Below, piece after piece: positions 27,571 to 41,199 of a stretch of DNA of 64,000 nt. The notes beneath the pieces were generated by a model. The model saw nothing but the letters and a program-made list of their open reading frames with translations, had not been told where the DNA came from and did no database searches. This DNA comes from Lingula anatina (taxonomy: Eukaryota; Animalia; Brachiopoda): assembly GCA_051362555.1 (NCBI GenBank), contig CM120647.1:6076001-6140000 (forward strand), given 5' to 3'. The position numbers and the translations under genes were made by a program. The stretch's first letter is position 1. Every line of letters begins with the position of its first letter.

Positions 27571-29194
27571 CAGACATGCTGAAACTGTCGGTCCGATCGG
27601 TCATGACCGGCAAAATTGGTCTGGACCGGTAAAATATTGTACTTTGTCGGTCCAAACAAGACCGACAAGAGTTTTAAGAGCCGCCATTTTGAATTAACAG
27701 TTAGCGTTCGATGTGCTTCAGAAATAAAATTATATAAAATCCACATCATTTTTTCTTCCATTTACTAATCTAGTGACACGTAAAAATGACCACATTTCGG
27801 TCACATTCACTTACAAAGTACGCTAGCCAATCGTATTATCCCTCTCTCAAACGAATGGGTTCTTCCCCATGGGGAATCCCCCTGCTCTCGATAATTACGT
27901 GCCCCGTCATGGGTATATTGGCCGCGACACACAGACAGCTATCACGAGGGCGGTCCACGCTGCCAAGCACATGTAAACATGCAGGAAAAAATGTTTACTG
28001 CTTAACTTGGACGCCTGACTCCTTTCTCAAGAACAATTATTCATATAGGAACCAAGGATAATGACGCCTGACCTTCGAAGGTACGTATACATCGTTATTC
28101 GTTCTTTTAGGGAGAAAAAAGCGTTGATAGTAGCCTACATGGAAATGAGGTCACCCGATTCACTCAGTAAAAACGATTTCAGAATTATATAGGACTGAAT
28201 ATTATGCGTAATCAATGGTGATTGTAACGATATTTAACTAATGGGTACTTTCGTTTGCATTCAGTGCCTTCCGCATTGCGACGTTTAACGTAAAAAAAGT
28301 TTGACAGTTCGGTCGCTTCCTCGAACCTACCGAAAAAAATCGATCCGTGGTGTATGAACATAATGGTTCACAGATTTTAAATATCCCGTAAGCATAAACG
28401 CGATACCTGTTACCAGTACCAGTTACAGTTTTCATATTATCAGTATGTACATTTTTATTATTTTAGATTATGATATCGTCGAGTCCTGACCAGGAAGCCG
28501 TTCGTTTCCATGCAGATGAGACAGATACAGTGAAGTGGCTAGCATGTTTCATGCATTGGCACTCCCATTCGGACTACAATCTTTACTGTTTGTGTAGCAT
28601 CAAAATTTGCAAATTATTTTCAAGGAAAGGAGAAATAGACCAAGAGCAAATTTTGCTACTGTTGAACAGTGGAAATGATTTTTTTTCATTTAATTTTTTA
28701 TCAAATTCATTTCAATTTGAAACAATATTAATTTTTTTGAGAAATTGATCATGATAAAATTTATAATTAACCTAAATTTATGACAGGGATGTGAAATATA
28801 TGATGAATTTCTTTAAGCCGTACGTGCACTATTGAATTAAAGGACAAAGGACTAAGTGTGAAATTCAAGGACTTACAAAGGAAGAAACAAAATCAAGCTC
28901 TTCTAAAGGCCTGTATGAACCCTGGAACTTGTGAAATGAGTACAACAATAAAGCAGTGCTTCACAAGTGTGTGTTTTTGTTTTGTTTTTTTTTAATTTAC
29001 AACATGTCCAAATTATTTAATAGTATTACTGAATATGTATTTACAAGAGTTACTTCTGTGTACTACTATGCAACAAAACGTTTCCATTACTGAATGGACA
29101 TTTTCGGTCCGGCAAAAGTCCATTCGGTCCGGCAAAGTTTTCATCACTGCCGGTCCGAATGTCCGGCAGTTCTGAAAAGTTTTCAGCATGTCTG
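27571..29194. mobile_element. 1.6-kb non-autonomous hAT-like element
   Basis: 14-bp TIR cagacatgctgaaa / tttcagcatgtctg; cggtccg subterminal repeats; ctgtcc on both flanks; no transposase ORF. Confidence 0.8.
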
Positions 29195-30143
29195 CTGTCC
29201 ACGTCTGCTATGGCCTTTTCTGCAGCATTTATTATGGAGCACTTGTCCTTACCTACTGCTCAACCTGACAAATAACAGAACACATGAATTTTGGAGTCTT
29301 TTTGGACGCAAATCTCTGTTGGAGTTTTATTCTGATAGATTTTTGAACCACTAAAGCTGCAAAACACCCATAGGAAAACCCATAGCAAATATGGCCTGGT
29401 TTTTTTTTCCAGAAAATTTTGTCTAAGGACAGGCAGCATGAAGCCATATTGATACTTTTGATTAAAACATCAAAGATGCAAATGTCATGAAACCATGGCA
29501 ACAAATGACCTTGGGCCTAGCAACAAATGGCCTTGACCCCAATTCCTAGAATTCCCATCAAACCCTGGATTTAAAATCCAGTATATATTTAAGCCAAAAA
29601 TAAAAAAATAAATAAATGATAATTTTGAAAAGCAAATCAACATTTTAATGCAAAAGGCAGTGATGTCTAATTTTGCATCAAAATTATTTGTCTGTTATAT
29701 TGAAAAAAAAAAAAAATGAAAAGCTACTTTTTTGTTAGATTACAATGAAAAATCAAGCATGCTAATGATTTTGGCACAGTTAAGTTGGTCTGTTACTGTT
29801 ATTCCTTTTTTCTTGCAGTGCTTTTTTGCCATAATATTCCTGGAAACCTATTCTCCTAAATTTAATTCCATGTACTGTACTTAACCAATGCGACAACACT
29901 CGCACCCACGCACATGCAAGTATGCACGTGCACACGCACACACACACACGCTCACACCATGTTAATTCCCTTGGTTGTTAGATCTTTGATGCCCTTTAAG
30001 AAATCTGAACATTCCTCATAGTGCATTTTATTTTTTCCTGAAAGAGTTATTAGGCATCTCGATCTTGTCCCTCCCTCCATTATCGGCACACTAGTTTGGC
30101 ATTAAAGAACTAGCTTAATAGTCTAGCTGTTTGGGTAGACATG

Positions 30144-30369
30144 GACTAAGTTCCTACAGATTTAGATCGATCCCTCTGGATCGACCTAACTCCCTAGGGG
30201 TTAATGCTAAATTGATGTCATCTTCCGGGAGCCGAGGGCGCACAAAAGTTTATTACCCCCTTATAGCTTATAGTAGGCGGGACAGACATTTAAGCCGGTT
30301 AAGCTGACAGTTATCTAGAGAGACTCCCCAGGGGGATAGATCGATCTAAATGTCTGTGGGAATGGTCTC
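30144..30369. mobile_element. Family A MITE copy
   Basis: gatcgacctaactccctagggg ... gactccccagggggatagatcgatctaaa ... gggaatggtctc. Confidence 0.75.
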
Positions 30370-31463
30370 ATAGTCGGTTCTGTGTAATTCAGAAAGAAAG
30401 TGTTTTCATCTCTTTTTGCTTTCTCTTGGCATAGGCATTTCAGGTGTCTTTTGGAGCATGGCATCGAAGATGTATATTGATATTATTTCAACCTTTAAAT
30501 CATACAAACACGCTATTAGAGAGAATTTAGCTTTTTATCTTATAAGTTGGACCAAGAAAAAAGATCGGCATGGAAAAATGAAAATACAAAAAGGTTGCGT
30601 CTGATATTTTTTTTTTGTCTACTGGGAAATGTTCAATAAGCAAGCCTTATCTATGTTTTTGACAGTGTATTGATTATCAGTAGTTCAGAAGGTGGATGTG
30701 GAGGGGGGGGTGCGGTGAAGGATCAAATCAGAAATCTCTTTTCTAGAGACTTTTTCTTTATCGTCTTTCAAAGGTCAAGGATTGAAACAACTTAGTAACG
30801 CAATGAGAGTCCTGTTAAGATGGATTTCTGTTTGAATTTGTTTTTTCTTTCTCGTTTGTTTCTGATCACGAATAGGCCAAGATATTGATTTTAGGGAATA
30901 GGGTTGAAATGGAGGAGAAACTCTATTTTTTCTTCTAAATGAAGTTGTCTCTAACCCTTCCTTGTTCTTGTGAAGTGGATGTCGTTGCTTACACTTGGAT
31001 ATAGAATTTTTTTACAAATAGTGGCATGTCAGACATGTACTACGACAGATATTAAGAAAAAAACACCCACATGTAATCAAGCTCAAATTTATACGTGGCA
31101 GATGTGTAAGTGAGGTACACAATGTCTGGACCACTTTAGTACTCCATATCTACCATGGTATAAATATATGATCTAGATTTATTACCCAATCTCCCATAGA
31201 AGTAACTTGACAGGCAAAAGAAAGCCCCTTGGTTGGGAGGTTGTGAATATATATTTTTTTAATCTGAGAATTTGCACTGTTTTTCAAGTTTAATTTAAGA
31301 GATACATTCTGAAATAATGGCAAAAGAAATAGTGTATATGTAAAGGAAAAAATGAAGATACTTCATTTAGCACTAAAATGTTAACAGATACATTTAAAAA
31401 GCTCTGTACACTAAATTTTATATACTAGTACACATACATGGGCAACATACATGGTGTTAATAA

Positions 31464-31634
<171 letters not shown>

Positions 31635-31652
31635 TGAAAATGTGTGAAGTAA

Positions 31653-31909
31653 CATTGGGTTCCCATAACTAGATCGATCAAACAGGTTCGGTCCATCTCC
31701 ACAGGTTTTTTTGCTGAATTGCTTTCAGCTTAAGTGGCTTAGATGTCTGGCACACCTACAAAAGCTGCTAAATGATAGTTAATTACCCCCAATCAGCTTC
31801 AGTAGGCGTGGCAGACATCTAAGTCGCCTAAGTTGATTGCAATTTAGCGAGAATCCCCTTGCAGATAGTTCAGTCCAAAGTTAGTACGATACGGTTTGGC
31901 AGTGGTCCC
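31653..31909. mobile_element. Family A MITE copy (same subfamily as 46897-47147)
   Basis: tgggttcccata.ctagatcgatc ... aattaccccc ... gcaatttagc ... tggtccc|taa. Confidence 0.75.
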
Positions 31910-32009
31910 TAAGATTGGTGATCCGCATGAAGATGTTTGTGCAGGTGGGTTTTGCATACATATGCATGCGTGAGAACATGTTAATGTAGATATCTGTGTG
32001 TGTGTGTGT

Positions 32010-32224
32010 GACCCCATTTCCAGAGATTAGATCGATCTACTTTAGATCGACCTAACTCCCTGGGGGTTCACGCTAAATAGCTGTCAGCCGAGCGGACCCG
32101 AAAGTTAATTACCCTCTTACAGCTTGTAGTAGGCGGGACGGACATTTAAGCTGGATTATCTGACAGTAATCTAGTGAGACTCCCCGCGGGGATAGATCGA
32201 TCTAAAAGCTCTGGGAATACAGCC
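32010..32224. mobile_element. Family A MITE, 215 bp, inserted in a (TG)n tract
   Basis: Reverse complement of 53635-53849 with about 6 mismatches; tgt on both flanks. Confidence 0.9.
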
Positions 32225-33201
32225 TGTGTGTGTGTGTTTGTGTGTGTGTGTGCGTGTTGGGAAGTGCTACTGTTTTTTCTCTTTGTATATGCTGCCAGGT
32301 TTCTGTATTTATGATGCCCTACCCAGGATTTTTGCATCAAATCTTATTTTCCTTAAAAGAAAAAAGTAATTTTCTCCCACTCACCTATAATTGTTCACCC
32401 GTCATTTAAAGATCACCATGTTTTGCTGACATTTCAGAAGGAAATATTGACATCAGGTGCTTTTGAGGGGTTTTATCATTTTTTTAAAGGTCTGGATTGG
32501 GAATGATATGTAGCTATGCAGTGGTAAAAATATCACTTTTGAGCATTTTCTGTCTTGAACAGTCTGTCTGTAAAATCATGAAATTATTTAAGTGGTGTAT
32601 ATTAAACTTTTTTTATGGACAGCTCTCTTAATATTTCTCTCAACCCAGAAGCAAACTCGTTAAGACAGAGAAAAAGGAATATGTACTGTATATCAGCTAA
32701 AGCTGAGACTAAACCTACAGAATAAACAAATTTAAACTTTAAGTTTATCAAATCTGCTTTAAAGCATACTTGAGTATATTAATCTAATTAATTATTAAAG
32801 GTGGCATTTTTGGAAGCTTATAGAATTTATAGAATTTATCCCCATCAGTTCTTTGTCGAAATTGATAGATGATAATATTCTTGCGTGTGTTTTACAGTTA
32901 TAACTAACAGCAAATTTTGGAAGGAAAAAAAAAAAGTGATGGTATTAAGATTCATTAGTAACCTAGCAACTGGTGAAGCTTACATCAGTGTGTTCACATT
33001 GTCTTTTTTTTTTGCCTCAACACAAAGTTTAAGATTAGGATTTTCTTGGGGGGGGGGGGGGGGGAGGGTGTAGAAAGAGTTGGAAGTGTTAGCATAAACT
33101 GCAGATACTTGAATGGTGAAAATGCCTCTCCAGCCCCATGTCGAACCCCTCCTCCTCCTCCATTTTTCCTCAGCCCCTCTTACATAGCTGTGCTCTTTTA
33201 A

Positions 33202-34319
33202 CCCCATAGGATCCGGTTAATGCTGACCCATAAAGTTCTGCTGTGCCCAATTAATTCTGTGAGCTAGCATTGAAAAGCCGGGTCACCTCAGTAAATCGGC
33301 CATAATTTATTTGTTTGTCTTTATTACCCATACAAACTATACATTTTTAAAAAGCCAATATTTCAAGCTAAATGAAAATAGAAATACATTTAAATTCAAC
33401 ATGCAGTATCAAGAGTTATGGCTGGTTAAAAACTACATTTTCATTTGGTAATGGGTGAAAAAAAAACAAAGTTGATTTATCTTATGCACATTAATTTTTT
33501 ATTTCTCTATACATTTGCCTGAAAATTCACAGAGATGATGTCAATTATAGTAACTTTCAATCCAGGAAATTTCAGCAAGTTACCTCCATTAAATTCCAAG
33601 TTATGCTCGTTTTGCTATCAGGTATACTTGAGCCAGCTTTTCAGCTCACCTGAACATCGTGGCCAGAGCTGAATAGAAGTCAAATTTTAACACCATCTAT
33701 GACAAAAACATCTATAAAACTTATATCATAAATAAAGGAATATCATCGCCACTTTCTATATCACTGTCACTCGAAAACACCTTATCAGTGTCGTAGTTTT
33801 CAATCATTGTTATAACAGTATCCATTCGCAGGCCCCTTCCGTAGTGAGAAGTCGCCATTTTGATTTTACTTTCTCCAACTAAGTCTAGAAAATCGCCGAT
33901 TTCTCGCTCATATATATTTCTATCGTCCTTTATTTCATAAATAAATTAATATCATCGTCACTGTCTATGTCACTGTCACACGAAAACTTCTCATTAAAGT
34001 CCGGGTATTCAATCATTTCAATAACAGTATCCCTTCGCAGGTCCCTACCGTAGCGAGGAGCCGCCATCTTGATTTTACTTTCTCCAACTAAGTCTTGAAA
34101 ATCGCCGTTTTCTTGCTCATATATATTTCTATCGCCTTTAAAAATGGTGGCAATGAGAGACAAGAAACATACCCGGATGTTATACTATATATCATTTCAT
34201 GACTCACGATACATAAGAGTACAGAAGACGATCTTTCCAAGATACGCACATATGCGGTTCTGGGCTTTTGGGGTAAGCGATAATTGAACCGCACATATGC
34301 GGTGACGGGCTCTATGGGG
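33202..34319 (-). mobile_element. Non-autonomous piggyBac-like element
   Basis: TTAA on both sides (33198-33201, 34320-34323); TIR ccccatag / ctatgggg; minus-strand acidic peptide MAAPRYGRDLRRDTVIEMIEYPDFNEKFSCDSDIDSDDD. Confidence 0.8.
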
Positions 34320-34604
34320 TTAATGCATCCATTTTCAGGATTTTTTTTAAAGGTCCACTTTCATCTCTGTGTTGAGAATGTATCACTGTCAACTAAGACA
34401 ACGTTTTTATTGAGACTTCAATCTTAGATCAGGATCTTGATGAATTTAACCTATAATTGCTTACCTTTGGCAGAGTTAAACTGAGCTCATTTTTGTACCC
34501 AGTGTTTTCCCCACTGACAAATGCATAAAACAGACTACTTTGATAAAGATATGTTAAAAAGCTAATGATTTTTTTCATCATTTCTTTGGTGTAGAAATTA
34601 ATCT

Positions 34605-34728
34605 AGGGTAGTGCTAACTCTCCAATTTAGCCAAATGCTAAAACTGACTTAAATTGACGCAAAATAGGGTTAATTTAGTCTAATAAAACCATGTTGAGAA
34701 AAGTGATGAAACTGTAGTGATTTGGCTT

Positions 34729-34759
<31 letters not shown>

Positions 34760-34768
34760 TTCAACCCC
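34605..34768. mobile_element. Short interspersed repeat (copy 2 of 21761-21934)
   Basis: Colinear similarity with copy 1, plus an expanded poly-A. Confidence 0.65.
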
Positions 34769-35199
34769 ATTGAATCATTTGTCTAAACTTGTACATATGC
34801 TACAAAACCAGGGAAATGATCAAGCGGAAAATCCTCTATGGCAGCTACTGTCATGAGACATATAGACCTTATCATAATTACTTTCGATTATTTTCCACAA
34901 AGCATTTGTTGAACAAGCCCAGTTTGTAAGCTAAGGACATTCGTTAATTGGGTCATTTGTACTGTCAGCTATAAATATGGGATAGAAATTCATCGTTCTC
35001 TGAGAAGCACTTGGTATTTATGTCCCAACATGGAAGTCATTTGAATTTTGCACAGCAAAGCTGAATGATTCAAAAGATGTGAGAAATTTAAGCAGATATA
35101 TTGTATTCTCTCTGCTAGAAGTCATATATGCTGAAAGTAACATAATCTGGGTGACAAATCTAATGAGTGTGTGTGCATGCATCTATGTCTGTATGTTTG

Positions 35200-35273
<74 letters not shown>

Positions 35274-36559
35274 ATATAGAGAGAAAACTATTATCCAGAC
35301 GGCATACTTCTGTGTTAAAAGTTCATTTGTTTTTGTCACTGTACCAAGCCCAATTCGCCATATTCTCTTTAAATGTTGATATTTATCGTATAAATTAACT
35401 GGGCTTGGAAAGTTAAAAGAATATAATGGGATGAGTTGATGTCACTCACATGACATCCCTTGCATAGCCTATGTAAGACTTATTGCTCAAGAACCCCGTT
35501 CACTGCCAGTGAGTGATAAAAATTACTGAAAAGGATTTAAAAAAAAAGAAAAACCTAGAATTCTTTAAATATATCAGGATATTTTGGAATTGTAACCACT
35601 TCTTTCCGTCCTGTTTAAATGTCTTCCCATCAGATCTTGTGAAGATTTACAAATGCATACAGACAAACCTACGCCAGTGGTGACATAACCTCTTTTGTTT
35701 GTGGAGGAAATTAATGTTGCCAGATGGTGACTTGAGGTTTTTTGAAAAAGGAGAGTCTGGAGTTCAAACATAAGACTTACAAAAACGTAAGACTTCTTTC
35801 GTGCGTGTGTGTCTGTTTGTGTGAGTGCGTGCACATGTGCATGTTTGTGTTCTGCTGTATTATCAATACTTAAGTTGAGGCAAGGCATGTGCATGTGCGA
35901 TAATGTGTTATCAATACAAAAGTTGAAGCTAGGAAATTTTTTTTTTTTTTTTTTTTGCTGGTGCTGTATCATCAATTTTAAATTTGAAACTAGAAAATAT
36001 GGTCCATTTGACCGATTGCTCGTACCCTTGTTGACAAGATTGCAAGGTCAAGAACCAAGGTTGTGCGGCCTCTTGTGAGTGAACGTTACTGTTCCGTTGA
36101 GAGAACCACACTTTGCCATTCACTTATTCACTGCATTAAAACCAAAGGAAGAGACAGATATTGATGACAGAGGAGAATAAGTGGCATTAATGAAAATTTT
36201 TCCATCATGCATTTGTTTGAAAATCAGTGCTGGATTTTTTTTCTGCTAAATGGCGGATAAGACTATGAATCGGATGATCATTCGTTTCACAACACAATAT
36301 TAGCATTTATTCTTGATATTTTTTTTTATTCACAAGTATTCTGGTGATTATTCCCAAATTTTGATAGCCTCTCCATTTTATTATCATATTATATATAATG
36401 TTTTTGTTTGATCACTCATAAAAATAAATATAAATAGATAAATTTATATATAAATATATAAAGCATTCTTACAATGTGACAAAGCTTTCATCAGCAAAAT
36501 CATCTTTTGGTAAATATTTTTAATTATATGTATAACTATCTATGGAATGAGGGTTTTTG

Positions 36560-37200
36560 TATTTGTTTGGCTGCAGGTTGCTTGATATGTTAACAAAGTT
36601 TAAATACATCTAACTTGGAAATCAACTTTTACCAAACAAAGCATTCTGTTGGGAAATATTATTAATTAATTTTATTCAAATTTGGTGAATAATAACAATA
36701 AAAATTCCCTTTAACCACCAGTTGCAGGTTACCTGTTGTTTTACACAGCACTTACCAAACATAGCCTTTCAATAGGAAATATTATTTATTAATTCTGTTT
36801 GAATTATGTGAATAATTACTGTAAAGTTTATTTTTGCCACCTGCTTCAGGTTACCTGATGGGTTTACCTTACCTGGGTTGCCTAAGGCAGCTTTTACCAG
36901 ACTAAGCCTTTTAATGGGAAATATTACGTCTGATTGAAACTGAGAATGAGTACCATAAAGTTTCTCTCTACCACCTGTTGCTTTACACAGGCTTACCAAA
37001 CATATCCTTTCAATTGGAAACATTATTTCTTAATTCAGTACGAATTTTGTGAATAATTACCATAAAGTTTCTCCACCAGTTGCAGGCTACCTGACAGGTC
37101 GTACAGCTCTTACCAAACAAACTCTCTCAGTAAGAAGTATCATTTCATGAGTAATTACTGTAAAATTTCTCTCGCCAGGCTACCTGATGGGTTTACGCAG
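36560..37200 (+). repeat. Degenerate ~95-150 bp tandem array containing copies of the exon 4 acceptor and exon start
   Basis: cag|g(t/c)tacctg-like motifs with AG ending at 36576, 36727, 36849, 37085 and the real site 37178; shared ttaccaaac and gaataattac spacers. Confidence 0.85.
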
Positions 37201-37268
37201 CTCAGGAACCTCACCCACCTTGGACTAAACGATGTCTCCCTGGCTAGACTTCCCCCAGATATCGGCAG
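37179..37268 (+). CDS. scrib: Scribble exon 4 (LRR)
   Basis: gccag|(R)LPDGFTQLRNLTHLGLNDVSLARLPPDIG-ag|gtgagt; 90 nt. Confidence 0.95.
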
Positions 37269-37315
37269 GTGAGTTTGACAAATTTCTGTCCCTTCCAAAT
37301 AGGGATGTCTGGATC

Positions 37316-37328
37316 CAGGCCCCTGTTT

Positions 37329-37369
<41 letters not shown>

Positions 37370-37524
37370 AAGTTGGGTTCCCTGGCTAAGAACTTGATTA
37401 CCAAGGTTACATGGTCACATGGCCACATCTTACCCTATCAGGAGTGGTGTAACAGCACGCTCATGGAAATCCTAGTCAACTAAACCAAGGAACTAACTTA
37501 AGCTTTTTGTGAAACTGGGGCCAG
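37316..37524. mobile_element. MITE with caggcccctgtttca / tgaaactggggccag TIRs
   Basis: Imperfect TIRs extend inward (taagttgggttccctgg / ccaaggaactaactta). A related end tgtgaatcaggcccca lies near 7965-7980. Confidence 0.65.
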
Positions 37525-37845
37525 AAATAGAATAACTCTTTGGTTTTTGATATTACTTCTTTGAAAGAGATATATAACTAAAAAGTAAAACAGTTGGAAG
37601 AAGAGAATTAAGAAATTCGTGTCATGTAAAATAAACACTATTAATTTCAAGGAATTTGTGATAATTTTTATTTTTCTTTTATCTCATATTACCTTTAAAA
37701 CAATATGGATGACATAATTGTTAGTTTTGTTCCTTTAATTTTGTGTGCTGTTTTTATATATAATCAGTTCAATTAATTCTCATGTATTTATACATAGAGA
37801 CATGGTATATACTTTAATAGATTTGCTTGTAAATTCAAAACTTAA

Positions 37846-38043
<198 letters not shown>

Positions 38044-38133
38044 TAATGTTAGCCCAATTTCGGGTATAAAGGCATCTTTGTCTGAACAGTTGGTACTCGT
38101 GAATTCTGACAATGGAATGGTTATGTTTTCCTT

Positions 38134-38184
<51 letters not shown>

Positions 38185-40939
38185 TGAATGGACCACATAG
38201 AGATATCTTCAAAAATTCTCAAATTTGGATGTCATTTTTAGGAAAAACAGTTATTTAGGCTAGGCAAAAGTGATTTCAGTTCCAACTTAATCCCTGTCCC
38301 CTTATATTTTTTACTTTGATATTTTTTTATCATCAGTGTAGGTCTGCATTGTAAGACCAATAAAGCAAAGTCTAATTTGCTTTCTCTGCTATCCAATTTA
38401 TTTCTGTGAGATTTTCCATATTAATGGAGATGTCCTTTACACTAATATCTGAAATATAATAGGTTTGTTAATCTTTACCCATGCGTAGTAAGACACTTGT
38501 GCTACAGAATGCAGCATTTATCCTATTTTTGGTCCTTAATAGCAAGCCTGCTAATATTTGGGGGGGGGGGGGGGGGGGAAATAAACCAAGAAGTGCATTA
38601 TATATCAATTTTGTATCATTTCGAAGTTTCACAAAGTAACTATTAGGTGTCATTTCTAGCAAGTTGCTTCTCTTTCTCGAAATTCCCCTGTGAAATGCCT
38701 GAGTTCATGTCACACGTCCATTGACCGTCTGCTGACAAATTGCAATGCCTAATTTACACATCCCAAATCAAGGACGTAGAAAATTTCCAAGAAAAATTAT
38801 TCAAGATGTGAAGTAACCAGTCTCTGACCTTTTTTCTTTAACAGTTTGGCTGGATTTTTATGGATTTTCTTCAAGATTACTGTCACACTAGCTGAGACTG
38901 CCATATTCGACTTCCTCTAAGGCTGGCCTTTCTCTGAAATCGCTCTAAGGAGCTTTGTTTTAAGCCATATGCTTATTGATGTATTTCCAAAGGGAAAGTA
39001 ACCCAGCTTTGATGATGAATTGACAGAGCTAGAGTTCAGCAACCAGTTGTGCTGTTTTTTGGGCTAGGATTCTTGACGTAGGATCAAGGGGATTTGGGTG
39101 GGAATTTGTCCCTCCCGTAGCTTTGCAGGTACCCTGCTCCTCCACCCACCCACCCACAAAATGACCACTTTAACTAAACTAAAAAGAAAGAAAAAAGAAA
39201 CTTTTACCTAAAACATCATAAAACATAATTAAAGACTTGGGGTTGGGGGAGCATAAAATTGAATGTCAGAAAAAAATTGCAAAAAACATAATTTACTTAA
39301 CAACATAATTGAAGACTCGGGGGGGGGGGGGGGGGAATAAAGAATAAAATTGTTCTCTAGGATGAAGCTGAGGTAAGATACTGTCATATTATTGAACCAT
39401 CATCAGTGATGCAGACAGATGCTGATACTGAAACATTTTGGTCTCTTTTATGGCAGATGTCAAAATCACACGGGTAAGGCTTTCTTTGAGATGCGGCATG
39501 CTGAGTTAGGCAGACATAGCACAAGTGGGAATGCGCCTGAACCAGTTTGATGCAAGCTTCTCCATTTCATACGAATTCTTAGAAAATAATGATATCTTCT
39601 ATTTCTAGAAGCCAATGCAGTGCACATCCGCTGAGTTCGTGAAGTTCATTTGGTGATGTCCTCGCCTTGGAGACATTCAGTGAATTTCTCAGACTCTGTT
39701 AATGGAAAATTAGATTGTTCTTTTTGATCATATATTCTGTTGCTAGGAGTTGTCATGTCCTTCTTATTGCTGGTTTTCCTAGAGGACCATAGTTCCTTTT
39801 GTCTGTATTGTTTATCTGTATTATCTGTATTCTGCTTCTCTTGTTATGATCTTGGGTCTGTGACAATCATGTATTGTAATGTTCACCACAGGTCTAAAAC
39901 GAACCGTCTCTTTTTACCTCTATCAAGGATGTTTTGTTTTTGCCAGTGTTGGTTTGTGCATGACTTTTTATCTTAGAATCATGTAGAAAAAATATGGGTG
40001 GCTTTTGGTGAATTTTTCAGGAAAGGATCAAACTGGTAGTATTTACTAGGGGTGGACTTTTCGGGGGTGGTGGGTGGTTTGTATCCAGAAATTTTAAAAG
40101 CTTTTTTATTCGGGAGATGGAGGCATATTTAACATTTTTTATTGTAAGCCAGGGGAGTAGTAAAGGCAAAAGTTATGAGTAAATAAAAATTAGAAAAGGC
40201 AAAAAAGTAAAATATGTTTGGGGTAATATTGTGGTGAAAAAGGCTCATAATGATTTTTTAAAGAATATTATAGGTGAAATAGTATTATTGTTAGGATGAA
40301 CTGCCTTGACAGAGGTCTTCATACTCTGATTGCTTCATATAAATTTAAGTTTAGTGGTTTATTTCATATGTATCTTTGGTCAAAATGGACTTTTTCCCAT
40401 TGGGAATTTCATTTTAAAGTTCAGACCAGCTTTCAGTCAGACATTGCCTTGTGGAGACAGCCCCGTCTGATTGTTTCGACCAGAAGTGATCCATCCTAGT
40501 ACATCCCGTTTTTTGGTTCCTGGACGTCTGAGGTTCACTGTTGATATGCAGCATATTCAGACGTGGTGTTATTTTTTCTATGCCCCTTGATAAAGCTGAT
40601 GGGATAGACAAACTGTTATCATAATATTTTTGTGAGCAATACAGATACATATATTCATAGAGACTTCTTTCAGGTTTCCCATTTGTTTGTATTCAGTGCT
40701 TTAATATTACCTAAGGGATGGTGTTCTACATATATATTAATGGTAATGGCTCAATAAAATCAACCAACATCCATAAATGACTTCCATCCAAACCAGTTTT
40801 TAAATTAATTTTTAGAAATATAGATTTAGGTTTTGAACTGTAATTTGGCTAGAAGATATTCATTTATGTATTTTGATGGGGTAAATATTTTTTATATCAT
40901 AAATTAAAAATTTAATCCTGTTTTGTTTTCCCATTTCAG

Positions 40940-41014
40940 CCTGAAAATATTGGAACTCTTCCAAATCTTCAAGAATTGTGGCTGGACTGCAATGAGCTGC
41001 TGGACCTCCCACCT
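40940..41014 (+). CDS. scrib: Scribble exon 6 (LRR)
   Basis: tttcag|PENIGTLPNLQELWLDCNELLDLPP|gtaagt; 75 nt. Confidence 0.95.
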
Positions 41015-41023
41015 GTAAGTGTG

Positions 41024-41071
<48 letters not shown>

Positions 41072-41199
41072 GCGACAACAACAACAATAATAATATTAGT
41101 ATAATGATAATAATAAATTGTAATGTTAAATTTTTTGTCTATGTAAAGTCTCTTTCATGTACGTACGCCATATTTAGTTCTCGGCTTTGTAGAGCCTCG

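Noticed and set aside
27284-27761. Overlapping ORFs of 67-101 aa
   Set aside because: They arise from the GC-rich subterminal repeats of nested MITEs and show no transposase motifs.
28470-28748. Cys/His-containing ORF inside the hAT-like element as a BED zinc finger
   Set aside because: Residue spacing does not fit a BED finger, and no catalytic domain follows.
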